From assembly GCA_017454295.1 (NCBI GenBank), contig JAFTDF010000004.1:118776-182775 (forward strand): a stretch of DNA of 64,000 bases, in the 5' to 3' direction. Source of the DNA: Bacilli bacterium (lineage in GTDB: Bacteria; Bacillota_I; Bacilli_A; RFN20; CAG-826). The position numbers and the translations under genes are program-made. The stretch's first letter is position 1. The number at the start of each line of letters is the position of its first letter. Below, in pieces: positions 17,332 through 27,063 of this stretch. The notes beneath the pieces are model-generated. The model did not search any database, was not told the DNA's origin, and saw nothing but the letters and a program-made list of their open reading frames with translations.

Positions 17332-19904
17332 AAAAGGTCCGCCTGACTTCTTTATTCCTTCGCCTAGCGGGACGTCAAAACCGCAAAGGCTGGGCTATGT
17401 CGGCCGCCGTCGTGGCCATTGGTGGCATCGCCATCACCCTTTTCAGTGGTTTTTTGGCCAATGCCGCTTCTTTGCAAACGCGTTTGGATACGATGATTCC
17501 GCAAAGCTCGCCTGCCGACGTCTATGTCACCACCGATCCCCGTAAGGGTACCGATGCCGCGGAAGCGGATAAATTAGAACATACCATCTCCGGCATCGAT
17601 GCGATCGAATCCCGTTTCTATACCTATTCCACCTTGGCGAGCAAAAACGCCTTGATGGTCATCGAGCCCAACCTCCCGTCTTTAGGCCATCCCTATGAAT
17701 ATCCCCTGCTTGGGAAGAACCATAGCCAAGAACACTACTTCCTCGTCAACGACTTCCTTACCCACAAATCCACCGCGGTGAGCGAAGAGGATGCCATCCA
17801 TGTGGACGAAGACGTCAAAGTCATGTTGCCGATGGCCGGTTTTTCCCTTGATTCCAGCATGATCGATTCCTTGTCGCTTTTCCTAAAAGCCGGCAAGACC
17901 AATCCCTTTGCCCAAGATAATTTAGAACTCCATTTCACGATCACGGGCACGATGAAACACCTTGAAAACGCGGCAATGGGCACCTTCAATCCTACGACCT
18001 TTTTGGTTTCCTCTTCCTATTTCCGCGACACCTTGCGCGACACCTTGCTCGATTGTTTCACCGAAACCGGCGTCCGTTTGATTTGGGAGCTCGGCTTCCA
18101 CAACAAACTCGGCTGGGGTGATGGCGATCCCTATGGGAGCACGGTGAACTTCCCTTTATCCAACCAATTCTTGTTGAAACTCGCCCCCGGTGTGTCGCCC
18201 GCCGAAACCAAGACGAAAGTCCAAGCCTATTTTGCCAATAAACCCGCGAATAACCTCTATCAGGTTCAAACCTTGGATGAACTCACTTCCATTTCATCGG
18301 TACGGACCGAATTATCGCAGGCTTGGCAATTAACCTTCGTCTTCCCCGTGGTCTTCTTTGCCGTCGCGTTGCTGGTGATTTTGATTTCCGTACGCCAGAT
18401 GATCTTGCGAGAACGAATCGATATTGGCACCTTTAAAGCCCTCGGGATCAACCAGCGGGAAATCCACCGCCACTACGCTTTGAAAACTTTTATTTTGGTG
18501 GCTCTAGGGACCCTGGCTGGGGAAATCATCGGCCCAATGCTCGTCCCTGCGATTTTAGGCAACAAATACAATATCCTTTATTCTTTACCAAGTCGCCAAT
18601 ACGTCTTCCCCGTGTGGCAGTGTTTGCTCGCCGCCGCTGTATTTATCGGGGTGGCGTTGCTCGTCACGTATTTGGTATCTCGCCGCGAGATTAAGCGCAA
18701 GCCCGTCGAATCCATGCGTGGGGAAGCGCCCACGAAAAAGAACTCCTCTTCGGTAGGAAAACGGAAAAGTGGTTTCTTCGGCCTTTCTGCGAAAATGGCC
18801 GGGCGCAGCATCGGCAGCGATTGGGTCCGCACCTTGATGGTCATCATCGGCGTCATGGGCTGCACGGCTTTGCTTTGCTGCGGCTATGGCATCGAAGATA
18901 CCGTCCATTATGGCGTGGATACCGATCCGATGATCGTTTCCGGCGCCGACATTACCGTAGCCCTCATTGAAAACCGCAGCGTCGAAAAGCTGACCAACGA
19001 CCTCAATATCCTCGACGAAAACGGCCAGCCCTTGGTTTATGGCTATCAACTCTATTCCCGTCAGAATGAGAACATCCGCTCCGAAAAGGATTCTTACTTC
19101 ACGACCATCTATGCCTTAAATGATTACACGCTGGTCTCTGGGCAGAGTGGAAAGATCCATTTCCATAAGGAGTTCCCAGTCGACCAAGTCGTCATCTCCG
19201 AAAAAGTCGCCCGCGCTTTGCAAGTCAGCAAAGGCCAAACCATCACGTTTAACCTTGGCGAAGCAACCGTCACCGCTTCAGTGTTCGACACCTTGCCCAT
19301 CTTCTTCTCCAATGGCGTTTACATCCATGCCGATTCGCCCTTACTAGGCGCCAATACGGTGAAGGCGTTCAACTCGGTGTGGTTAGATGCCGTCCCGGGC
19401 AAAGCAAACGAACTTGAAACCAAAGCCGCGTCGATTCCTTCGGTCGCCGTTTGCGATACCGAAGTGAAATGGCGCACCCGTGTCTCGGAAGTTATGTCTT
19501 CGGTATTAGTCATGACCAACGCGATTAAGGTCTTCGCTTTCCTGCTTGCCGCAGTCGTCCTTTATAACTTAGGGTTGTTGAATTTCCAAGAACGGCAACG
19601 GGAAATCGCCACCATGAAGGTCTTGGGTTTCAAAGGGCGTGAGATCATGGTCTCCCTTTTCATCGAGACGTTGTTCCTCACTTTGATTGGGATCCTCTTA
19701 GGGCTCGCCGTGGGATTCCCCTTCACGAAGTTGGTCTTGTTCATTAACCAAGTCGAGCTCGTCGACTTCCTCTATACCGTCGCCCCACTTTCTTACCTCA
19801 TCTCTTTTGCCTTTACCTTCGTCTTAAGCGCCGTCACCACTTTCTTACTAGGGGGACGGATTCGCAAAATCATGGCGGTCGAATCGCTCAAATCCGTGGA
19901 ATAG
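17328..19904 (+). CDS. ABC transporter permease with two FtsX/MacB-type modules (858 aa)
   Basis: GTG start overlaps the ATPase stop. There are 4+4 TM helices with large extracytoplasmic domains after TM1 of each half. Confidence 0.8.
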   Translation: MKKVRLTSLFLRLAGRQNRKGWAMSAAVVAIGGIAITLFSGFLANAASLQTRLDTMIPQSSPADVYVTTDPRKGTDAAEADKLEHTISGIDAIESRFYTYSTLASKNALMVIEPNLPSLGHPYEYPLLGKNHSQEHYFLVNDFLTHKSTAVSEEDAIHVDEDVKVMLPMAGFSLDSSMIDSLSLFLKAGKTNPFAQDNLELHFTITGTMKHLENAAMGTFNPTTFLVSSSYFRDTLRDTLLDCFTETGVRLIWELGFHNKLGWGDGDPYGSTVNFPLSNQFLLKLAPGVSPAETKTKVQAYFANKPANNLYQVQTLDELTSISSVRTELSQAWQLTFVFPVVFFAVALLVILISVRQMILRERIDIGTFKALGINQREIHRHYALKTFILVALGTLAGEIIGPMLVPAILGNKYNILYSLPSRQYVFPVWQCLLAAAVFIGVALLVTYLVSRREIKRKPVESMRGEAPTKKNSSSVGKRKSGFFGLSAKMAGRSIGSDWVRTLMVIIGVMGCTALLCCGYGIEDTVHYGVDTDPMIVSGADITVALIENRSVEKLTNDLNILDENGQPLVYGYQLYSRQNENIRSEKDSYFTTIYALNDYTLVSGQSGKIHFHKEFPVDQVVISEKVARALQVSKGQTITFNLGEATVTASVFDTLPIFFSNGVYIHADSPLLGANTVKAFNSVWLDAVPGKANELETKAASIPSVAVCDTEVKWRTRVSEVMSSVLVMTNAIKVFAFLLAAVVLYNLGLLNFQERQREIATMKVLGFKGREIMVSLFIETLFLTLIGILLGLAVGFPFTKLVLFINQVELVDFLYTVAPLSYLISFAFTFVLSAVTTFLLGGRIRKIMAVESLKSVE

Positions 19905-19915
19905 GAGGAATGACC

Positions 19916-21169
19916 ATGAAACATGTCGCCCCGCTCATCTTCTTACTCGCCCTCTCCGGGCTCTCCGCTTGCTCTAGCCAAGTGATCCCCGATGTGACCA
20001 ACATCACCTTCAGCCGGAACGAACTCACGCTGACCAAAGAGGACACCTATTCGTTAAAAGTCACGGTGGAAGGTGGGCCCAAGCCCGTCGTCTTCTGGAG
20101 TTCCAACGAAGCCGTCGCCACCATCGACAAAGATGGCCTCGTCACCGCTAGAAACAAAGGCAATGCCACCTTGATGGCCATTTGTGATTCCAAGCAGGCG
20201 TTTTGCTATCTCACCGTCAACGATAAACCCGTCGAAACCGAGGTGAAACTCCGCAAAGGCGGCTTAAAACTGGAGTTTGCGGCCCCCACCATCGGCCTAC
20301 CTTCGAATACCTTTGATGCCCCCATCGATTTCTTCCAGGAGACCAGCGACGATGACATCACTTTCGATGCGAAAATCGTTATGGGAAGGACCACACCCGA
20401 GCAAGCTTATGCCAATGTCCAAACGATTCGCGGCGCGTTAGCGTATTGGTCCGGCCCCAAAGATTCGGTGGTCAAAGCCTATGATGACTTGCTTGCCAAA
20501 GCCGATGCCGACCCCGCCAAAAAAGGCGAAATCTTAGCCAACGAATCCTGGCATTTCGCGCGATTTGACGATGTGGCTTTCTCCGCCTTAACCACCGTCG
20601 AAGAAGGCAAAGAAACCGGGCGCGCCATCCGCCGTATCAACTTTGCCGACAATTCTTTGCTTTCCTTATTGACCAACATGGAGAAAGCGAACATCTCCTT
20701 CAAAGACATCTACGATTCCAATTGGCGTGGTTTCTTCGATCGCCTCACCCAGCCCGATGGCACCTATCCTTCTGAGAAAACCAAAACGGATAGCACCAAA
20801 TACGGCACGTTGATCGGGGACTTGATCTCCGCCGTGTCCACCGGCTTTACCATCACCAAAGGGGCCACGGAAACCTCCGAATCCTATACCATCTCTTTCC
20901 CCGAGGAAACCCGGACTTCCCTCAACGCTTGGTTTAGTAAGCACAAAGACACCCTGCATTTGATCAACGTCCCCTCCTTAGACAAATTGGATGTCGTTTT
21001 GACTTTTGGCAAAACCAGCGATGCCTTCCTTGGTTTTGTCGTCGATTCTGCCTACCACGTTGGCGAAACCGCCAATGCCATCAAAGTCACCTACACCTTA
21101 GCCGAAAGCAGCGAGCCCGCCCCCAAAGACACCCTCCAAAATCTTCACGAAGCCAGCAAGCTGTGGTAA
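19916..21169 (+). CDS. lipoprotein with an N-terminal Ig-like (Big_2-type) domain, partner of the ABC system
   Basis: Signal peptide with lipobox LSAC. The Big_2-like segment is SLKVTVEGGPKPVVFWSSNEAVATIDKDGLVTARNKGNATL. GGAGGA lies 7 nt before the chosen ATG. Confidence 0.65.
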   Translation: MKHVAPLIFLLALSGLSACSSQVIPDVTNITFSRNELTLTKEDTYSLKVTVEGGPKPVVFWSSNEAVATIDKDGLVTARNKGNATLMAICDSKQAFCYLTVNDKPVETEVKLRKGGLKLEFAAPTIGLPSNTFDAPIDFFQETSDDDITFDAKIVMGRTTPEQAYANVQTIRGALAYWSGPKDSVVKAYDDLLAKADADPAKKGEILANESWHFARFDDVAFSALTTVEEGKETGRAIRRINFADNSLLSLLTNMEKANISFKDIYDSNWRGFFDRLTQPDGTYPSEKTKTDSTKYGTLIGDLISAVSTGFTITKGATETSESYTISFPEETRTSLNAWFSKHKDTLHLINVPSLDKLDVVLTFGKTSDAFLGFVVDSAYHVGETANAIKVTYTLAESSEPAPKDTLQNLHEASKLW

Positions 21170-21172
21170 GGC

Positions 21173-21201
21173 TTGACGAGTCTAAATAGATTGCATACAA
21201 T
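21173..21201 (+). promoter_or_regulatory. sigma-70-type promoter TTGACG-17-TACAAT for the gpx operon
   Basis: Both hexamers, a 17-nt spacer and a GGAGG ribosome-binding site before the ATG at 21227 are seen directly. Confidence 0.6.
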
Positions 21202-21226
21202 TTATCTATCCATTGGAGGTAAATTT

Positions 21227-21697
21227 ATGTCCACCATCTATGACTACACCGTCAAAAACCAACAAAACCAAGACGTCAATCTTTCCGAATACCAAGGCAA
21301 GGTCGTTTTGATCGTCAACACCGCCACCGGCTGCGGCTTCACCCCGCAATACGAAGGGCTCCAAAAGCTCTACGATACCTATAAGGATCAAGGATTCGTG
21401 ATTTTGGATTTCCCCTGCAATCAATTCTTCGGCCAAGCCCCCGGCACCGATGAGGAAATCCACTCCTTCTGCACCCTCAAATACAACGTCTCCTTCCCCC
21501 AATTCCATAAAATCGACGTCAACGGGAAAAACGCCGACCCCCTCTATGTCTTCTTAAAGAGTCAAAAGAAGGGCCGCATCAAATGGAACTTCTCCAAATT
21601 CTTAATCAACCGTAAGGGCGAAGTCGTGGCCCGTTATGGTTCCATGGCCAAACCCGAATCCTTCGAAAAGGATATCCAAGACGAACTCGCCAAATAA
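21227..21697 (+). CDS. gpx: glutathione peroxidase-family thiol peroxidase
   Basis: Catalytic Cys context NTATGCGFT and the WNF motif; 156 aa. Confidence 0.85.
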   Translation: MSTIYDYTVKNQQNQDVNLSEYQGKVVLIVNTATGCGFTPQYEGLQKLYDTYKDQGFVILDFPCNQFFGQAPGTDEEIHSFCTLKYNVSFPQFHKIDVNGKNADPLYVFLKSQKKGRIKWNFSKFLINRKGEVVARYGSMAKPESFEKDIQDELAK

Positions 21698-21700
21698 GCT

Positions 21701-22135
21701 ATGCAGGAGCAACTTCGTTTACAAAACCAGCTTTGCTTTCCCCTTTACGCCGTCTCCAAAGCCGTCACTCGTTTGTATCTGTCTTACCTAACGCCCCTTG
21801 GGATCACCTATACCCAGTATGTCGTTTTCCTCGTCTTGTTCGAGCAAGATGGCATCCGGGTGAAAGAACTGGGCAAACGCCTCTTCTTAGACTCGGGCAC
21901 TTTATCTCCCTTATTGGAGAAACTGGAAAAGCAAGGTTATGTCGAAAAGGGCAAAAGTCTCGATAAGCGGGAACGCATCGTGACCCTTACCGCGAAAGGG
22001 AAAGCACTGGAGGCCACCCTCGCCCCGATTCCTTTTCAAATCGCTTCGCGCTTGCAATTGAACGAGGATGAGGCCAAAACTTTATACACGTTATCCTATC
22101 GTTTATTAAACCAATTGGAGGAAGACCATGAATAG
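21701..22135 (+). CDS. MarR-family transcriptional regulator (OhrR-like)
   Basis: Winged-helix region DSGTLSPLLEKLEKQGYVEKGKSLDKRERIVTLTAKG. Confidence 0.8.
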   Translation: MQEQLRLQNQLCFPLYAVSKAVTRLYLSYLTPLGITYTQYVVFLVLFEQDGIRVKELGKRLFLDSGTLSPLLEKLEKQGYVEKGKSLDKRERIVTLTAKGKALEATLAPIPFQIASRLQLNEDEAKTLYTLSYRLLNQLEEDHE

Positions 22136-23237
22136 GGAAAAGGAAATCGTCAAAGTCTCATTCATCGGCATCATCGGCAATGTGCTGCTGGTTGTCTTTA
22201 AGGCCATCGTCGGCATTTTCGCCCATTCGGTCTCCATCATCCTCGACGCGGTGAATAACCTCACCGATGCCCTTAGTTCCGGCATTACCATCGTCGGCAC
22301 CAAGCTCTCCACCAAACGCCCTGATAAGAAACACCCCTATGGCCATGGGCGGGTCGAATACCTGACTTCCGCGATCATCGCCGTTATCATCCTTGCCGCC
22401 GGCGGCACCGCCATCTATGAATCCATCAAATCTCTCATCGACAAAACGGAAGCGACTTACGAGATCTATTCTTTCGTCATCATCGGGGTGGCCGTCCTAG
22501 TCAAAATCGGATTGGGCCTCTTCTTCCGTTATAAGGGGAAGAAACTTCGCTCCGAGCCCTTAAAAGGCAGCGGGATCGACGCCTTATTCGATGCGATTCT
22601 TTCCTTGTCCACCTTAGTGGGCGCCATCATCTCCAAATACACCGGCGTCCATCTCGAAGGGTATCTTGGTATCCTCATCGGTTTGTTCATCCTCAAAAGC
22701 GGGATCGACGTCTTACGTTCTTCCTTCTCCCTCATCATCGGGGAACGGATCGATCCTGCGCTAAGCAAACAGCTGAAAGAGGAAATCAAAGGCTTCCCGG
22801 AAGTCCATGGCGTCTATGACCTCATCGTCAATAACTATGGCGAACACCGTTCCATCGGCAGCGTCCATATCGGCGTCGACGAAACCCTCCAAGCCAAAGA
22901 AATCCAACGCATCGAACGGGAAATCCAGGAACTGGTGTTCACCAAATACGGCATCATCCTGACCGTGGGGATCTATGCGGAGAACCAAAGCAACGAACTC
23001 GCTGTCAAAATTAAGGAAGCGTTAATGCAAGAAGTGCGCAAATACCCAACGATTTTGCAGATTCACGGCTTTTATTTGGACGAAGCCAAAAAGACGGTGA
23101 CCTTTGATATCGTCTTCGATTTCGAGGAAAAGGATTATCAAAACATCAAGAATTCCATCCTCCAATCGTTGCAAGAAGCTTATCCAAATTTCCACTTCGT
23201 CTGCGTCATCGACCAAGATATCTCCCTGTCGATTTAA
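22128..23237 (+). CDS. cation diffusion facilitator (CzcD/FieF-type) efflux transporter with a C-terminal cytoplasmic domain
   Basis: HSVSIILDAVNNLTD and HPYGHGRVE motifs. GGAGGAAG ribosome-binding site; start overlaps the marR end. Confidence 0.85.
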   Translation: MNREKEIVKVSFIGIIGNVLLVVFKAIVGIFAHSVSIILDAVNNLTDALSSGITIVGTKLSTKRPDKKHPYGHGRVEYLTSAIIAVIILAAGGTAIYESIKSLIDKTEATYEIYSFVIIGVAVLVKIGLGLFFRYKGKKLRSEPLKGSGIDALFDAILSLSTLVGAIISKYTGVHLEGYLGILIGLFILKSGIDVLRSSFSLIIGERIDPALSKQLKEEIKGFPEVHGVYDLIVNNYGEHRSIGSVHIGVDETLQAKEIQRIEREIQELVFTKYGIILTVGIYAENQSNELAVKIKEALMQEVRKYPTILQIHGFYLDEAKKTVTFDIVFDFEEKDYQNIKNSILQSLQEAYPNFHFVCVIDQDISLSI

Positions 23238-23313
23238 ATCCGAGTGCATCGCCCTTGCTTTTTACAGGCAGGGGCGTATCTTATATCGGTTAGTTAATCT
23301 AACTTAACTTATT

Positions 23314-24132
23314 ATGAATATCACACTCACGACCATCATCGGCATCTCGATCATCTTCCTGGCTACCACCTTGGGCAGCGCCTTCGTCTTTTTTCTTAGG
23401 AAAAGCGAAATCTCGCCACGTCTGAGTCAAATCCTCACCGGCCTCGCCGCAGGCATCATGCTCTCCGCTTCTTTTTTCTCATTGCTACTGCCAGCGATCA
23501 AAATGGAAGTCACCTATATGCCCTCTTGGCTGGTGGCCGCGATCTCCGTGCTCCTCGGGGCGGCCTTCCTCTGGGGCATCGATCACTTGCTCCCCCACCT
23601 CCATGTTGCCCAAGGCAAGGAAGAAGGGTTAAAGAATCCGCGGATGAATAAGACCGCGAAGATGTTTTTGGCCGTTACGATCCACAATATTCCCGAAGGT
23701 TTATCCGTTGGGATCGCCTTTGGGGTGGCTTTGGCTTTCAACCGCGATCATCCAGGCGAGGCCGCTTCCATCGCCGCATTAAGCGGGGCCTTGTCTCTTG
23801 CCATCGGGATTGCCTTGCAAAATATCCCCGAAGGCGCCGTCGTCTCCTTACCCGTCAAAGTGGAAACCAAATCCACGGGAAAAGCCTTCTTATTCGGCAC
23901 CCTTTCCGGCGCCGTGGAACCCATCGCCGCCGTCGTTGGGCTATTCTTAGCCTTCTCCATTCAAGCCATCATGCCCTGGGCACTTTGCTTCGCCGCCGGA
24001 TGTATGATTTACGTCATCGCCGAGGAGATGATTCCCGATGCCAAAGGCGACCCCACCCACCACGATGGGGTGTGGGCCTTCCTCATCGGCTTTGTCATCA
24101 TGATGGTTTTAGACATTGCCTTCGGCGAATAA
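23314..24132 (+). CDS. ZIP-family metal importer (ZupT-like)
   Basis: HNIPEGLSVGIAF and LQNIPEGAVV signature helices. Confidence 0.85.
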   Translation: MNITLTTIIGISIIFLATTLGSAFVFFLRKSEISPRLSQILTGLAAGIMLSASFFSLLLPAIKMEVTYMPSWLVAAISVLLGAAFLWGIDHLLPHLHVAQGKEEGLKNPRMNKTAKMFLAVTIHNIPEGLSVGIAFGVALAFNRDHPGEAASIAALSGALSLAIGIALQNIPEGAVVSLPVKVETKSTGKAFLFGTLSGAVEPIAAVVGLFLAFSIQAIMPWALCFAAGCMIYVIAEEMIPDAKGDPTHHDGVWAFLIGFVIMMVLDIAFGE

Positions 24133-24151
24133 GGGTAGTTAAATTATCCTC

Positions 24152-24853
24152 ATGACCGAAACCAAACGCCTCATTGAATCCACCTTAGTGGATCATTCCC
24201 AAAAACTAAAATTGCCCGCCTTATTCGGCTTATTCCAAGACATCGCCACCGCCGATGCCGAACAAATCGGCTTTGGCCACGCCAATACCACCGATCAAGG
24301 AAAACTCTGGGTCTTTACCCGCGTCTATGTCGAAATTCCCGAATACCCGCCCTATCTTTCCGTGTCGAACTTCTTCACCTATCCAGGCAACCGCAAGGTC
24401 TTTGCCTTCCCCCGCCACTTAAAAGTGACCTCCCAATATGGAAAGGTGCAAGCTCGGATCTCTTCGATTTGGGCTTTGATTGACGCCGCCTCTCGCAAAC
24501 TTATTTTCAAGCCCGATCTTCCCGAAGTCGAAGGCCATCAAGAAGAGGGGGAACTTCCTCTTCCCGGCAAAGTCGTTCCCACCACCGCTTCCTTTGCCTA
24601 TTCCCGCCGCATCCGCCATAGCGATATCGATATCAACGGCCATTTAAACAACACCCGTTATATCGAAATGATCGTCGATCTCCACGACGAGGCTTTTTAT
24701 CAGCATAAAGAAATCGCCTCCCTCCTCATCAATTTCGAGACGGAATCTTCCGAGGGGGAGACGATCGAGATCTACGCTAACGAAGACGGGACCTATGTCT
24801 ATGGCAAATGCGATGACCGCCTTTGCTTCGAGGCCAATCTTACCTATCGTTAA
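24152..24853 (+). CDS. acyl-ACP thioesterase-family protein
   Basis: Double hotdog with a conserved N-x-H (DINGHLNNTRY) in the second half. Confidence 0.65.
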   Translation: MTETKRLIESTLVDHSQKLKLPALFGLFQDIATADAEQIGFGHANTTDQGKLWVFTRVYVEIPEYPPYLSVSNFFTYPGNRKVFAFPRHLKVTSQYGKVQARISSIWALIDAASRKLIFKPDLPEVEGHQEEGELPLPGKVVPTTASFAYSRRIRHSDIDINGHLNNTRYIEMIVDLHDEAFYQHKEIASLLINFETESSEGETIEIYANEDGTYVYGKCDDRLCFEANLTYR

Positions 24854-25740
24854 TCCAGCTTGACCAATTCGTATTCGCGGCTGCCAAGTCCGAGTTTTTC
24901 GGCGGCTTCGAGAATATGTTCGGCGTGGCGGGAAGCCATCCGCTCGATGAGATCGGCTTTGCCCGGGTCATCGGCGTTTTTCACCGCATCAACGCAAGCT
25001 TGGTCAAGTGCCACCGGATCGATGGAGGCAAAGATGCCGAGGTCGGCCATTTTGGGTTCGGCCGGATTGGAATCGCAATCGCAATCCACCGACAGACGGT
25101 TGGCGACGTTGATATAGACCATGTTCTTCGCCCCGACGTAATCGGTGACTGCACGGACGGCGTCGGCCATGGATTCGAGGAAATCATCTTGGTCGGCGAT
25201 ATAGGGTTTTTGCCAGCAATCCTTGGAGGAAGTGGTCCGTCCCGCGGAATGGATATAGGCTTTTCCATGGGTCGAGCCAATGCCGATGGAGATATTCTTT
25301 AGGGCTCCGCCGAAACCACCCATCATATGGCCTTTGAAATGGGAAAGGATCAAGAAGGATTGGTAATCGTCGATATGATCGCCGACGATATCGTGGTCGA
25401 GATGGAATCCCCGCGACACGGGAATCTCCTTTTCACCGAATTCATCCATCAAATCGACGGGGAAACGGGGACGGAAGCCATGGGCTTCAATGGTGGCCCA
25501 ATGTTTGTTTTTCTCTTCGCGCGATCCCCCATAGGCGGTGCAGCATTCGACGATGGTGCCTTCGAGTTGGTCCACCAGTGCCCCGATAAGTTCGGGCTTA
25601 AGGTAGTTATGGCCTCCCATTTCGCCGGTGGAAATCTTCACCCCGATATTGCCATTTAATTCCCGTGGTAAGACCTCATAGATCCTCACGAGGTTTTCAG
25701 GGGTGATATCTTTGATAAAGTAAACGATTGGCTTGCTCAT
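24850..25740 (-). CDS. DUF362-domain protein
   Basis: The internal ATG (MSKPIVYF) is preceded by AAGGAG plus an 8-nt spacer. The longer track ORF start was rejected. Contains a CDCD motif. Confidence 0.7.
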   Translation of the reverse strand: MSKPIVYFIKDITPENLVRIYEVLPRELNGNIGVKISTGEMGGHNYLKPELIGALVDQLEGTIVECCTAYGGSREEKNKHWATIEAHGFRPRFPVDLMDEFGEKEIPVSRGFHLDHDIVGDHIDDYQSFLILSHFKGHMMGGFGGALKNISIGIGSTHGKAYIHSAGRTTSSKDCWQKPYIADQDDFLESMADAVRAVTDYVGAKNMVYINVANRLSVDCDCDSNPAEPKMADLGIFASIDPVALDQACVDAVKNADDPGKADLIERMASRHAEHILEAAEKLGLGSREYELVKLD

Positions 25741-25893
25741 AAAAATACTCCTTATCATCCATATTCTAATGGATGCCCCAATTCCCCGTAAGAGGAAGAA
25801 TCTAAGACGGGCCTTGCAAAATTCACCCTGCACAAATCCGCTTGGGAGTGTTATATTATGGCGCGGCTTTCCAAGAGGAAGGCCAAACCCCAT

Positions 25894-25980
25894 GGCCCCC
25901 TGGTGGAATGGTAGACGCGATGGACTCAAAATCCATTATCTGATGAGGATGTGTCGGTTCGAGTCCGACGGGGGCCACCA
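25894..25980 (+). tRNA. tRNA-Leu (anticodon CAA), class II with a long variable arm, CCA encoded
   Basis: GGCCCCC acceptor arm paired with GGGGGCC-A-CCA, D-arm GGAATGGTAGAC, anticodon loop CTCAAAA, T-arm GTCGGTTCGAGTCCGAC. Confidence 0.85.
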
Positions 25981-25992
25981 TGGAAGACTCAC

Positions 25993-26018
25993 CTCTCGAT
26001 TGCGGGAGGTTTTCTTTT
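25993..26018 (+). terminator. intrinsic terminator after tRNA-Leu (CCTCTCG-att-CGGGAGG then TTTTCTTTTG)
   Basis: Stem-loop followed by a T-run, directly downstream of the tRNA. Confidence 0.55.
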
Positions 26019-26085
26019 GCACAAAACGAAATCATCCTTTTTTAATAAAAAAGAAAGGTTACAATTAAACAACAAGAGGTCACCT

Positions 26086-27012
26086 ATGAAACATTTAATC
26101 GTCGTCAACGTTAACGCCGGCGGCTTCAATGAGCAATTTGAAGCCCAAATCAAAACCGCTTTCGAAGGTTTGGATTACGAAATCTACAAAACCACCGGAC
26201 CCAAAAGCGTCATCCCCTATCTCAAAGACTATTTGAAGAAGCACACCAAAGACACCGTCCGCGTCTATGCCTGCGGTGGCGATGGTACCGTCCACGAAGT
26301 CGTCAATGGCTGCGTCGGTGCCAAAAACGTCGAAATCGCCATCTATGCCATCGGTACCGGCAACGATTTCGTCAAAATCTATGGCGGGAAAGAAAAATTC
26401 CAAGATTTCAAAACCTTAATCGAAGGCAAAGCCTCCCCCATCGACATTTCCGAAATCCAAGGTGGGGATTTGCAAGAGCCCCTATATTCGGTCAACGTCA
26501 TCAACTTCGGCTTCGATGCCATCGTCGGGGCCATGGGCAACTACTATAAGGAACATGGCCTTCCCGAAGCCGCCCAAAAGAAGGGCCTCGGCCCCTATGA
26601 CTACGCCTTGAAGAACGATGCCATGAAACATGGTCGCTTCAACGATATAGAAGTCTATGCCGATGGCGAAAAGCTCAACGAAAAGCAAATGCTCCTTGCC
26701 ACCTTGGCCCAAGGCCAATACGTCGGCGCCAAGTTCCGTTGCGCCCCCAAGTCCGACAATACCGACGGCTTGATCGACGTCTGCGTCCTCAAGACCATGA
26801 CCTTCCTTGGTCTAGGTATGATCATCGGCACCTATACCAAAGGCAAACACCTCGACCGCAAGCGGCGCAAAATCGTCTATCGTCAAGCCAAGGAAATCAA
26901 AATGGTTTCCCCCAAGGACTTCGATGTCTGCGTCGATGGCGAAATGATCAAAGGCAACAACTTCACCGTGAAGGTCTGCCCCGGTGCCATCGCCTTGGTC
27001 TTACCCAAGTAA
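26086..27012 (+). CDS. DagK/YegS-family lipid kinase
   Basis: DAGK_cat motif ACGGDGTVHEVVNG. AAGAGG ribosome-binding site before the ATG. The N-terminal track extension (GTG inside the tRNA) was rejected. Confidence 0.8.
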   Translation: MKHLIVVNVNAGGFNEQFEAQIKTAFEGLDYEIYKTTGPKSVIPYLKDYLKKHTKDTVRVYACGGDGTVHEVVNGCVGAKNVEIAIYAIGTGNDFVKIYGGKEKFQDFKTLIEGKASPIDISEIQGGDLQEPLYSVNVINFGFDAIVGAMGNYYKEHGLPEAAQKKGLGPYDYALKNDAMKHGRFNDIEVYADGEKLNEKQMLLATLAQGQYVGAKFRCAPKSDNTDGLIDVCVLKTMTFLGLGMIIGTYTKGKHLDRKRRKIVYRQAKEIKMVSPKDFDVCVDGEMIKGNNFTVKVCPGAIALVLPK

Positions 27013-27063
27013 ATCAATCCCTCATGGCTGGCCAAACGCCAGCCTTTTCTTTATCCTTTTCCC

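Noticed and set aside
25951-26085. N-terminal 45 codons of track ORF 25951..27012 (GTG start inside tRNA-Leu)
   Set aside because: The frame opens within the tRNA-Leu(CAA) gene and its terminator. A proper AAGAGG plus ATG start exists at 26086, where the DagK homology begins.
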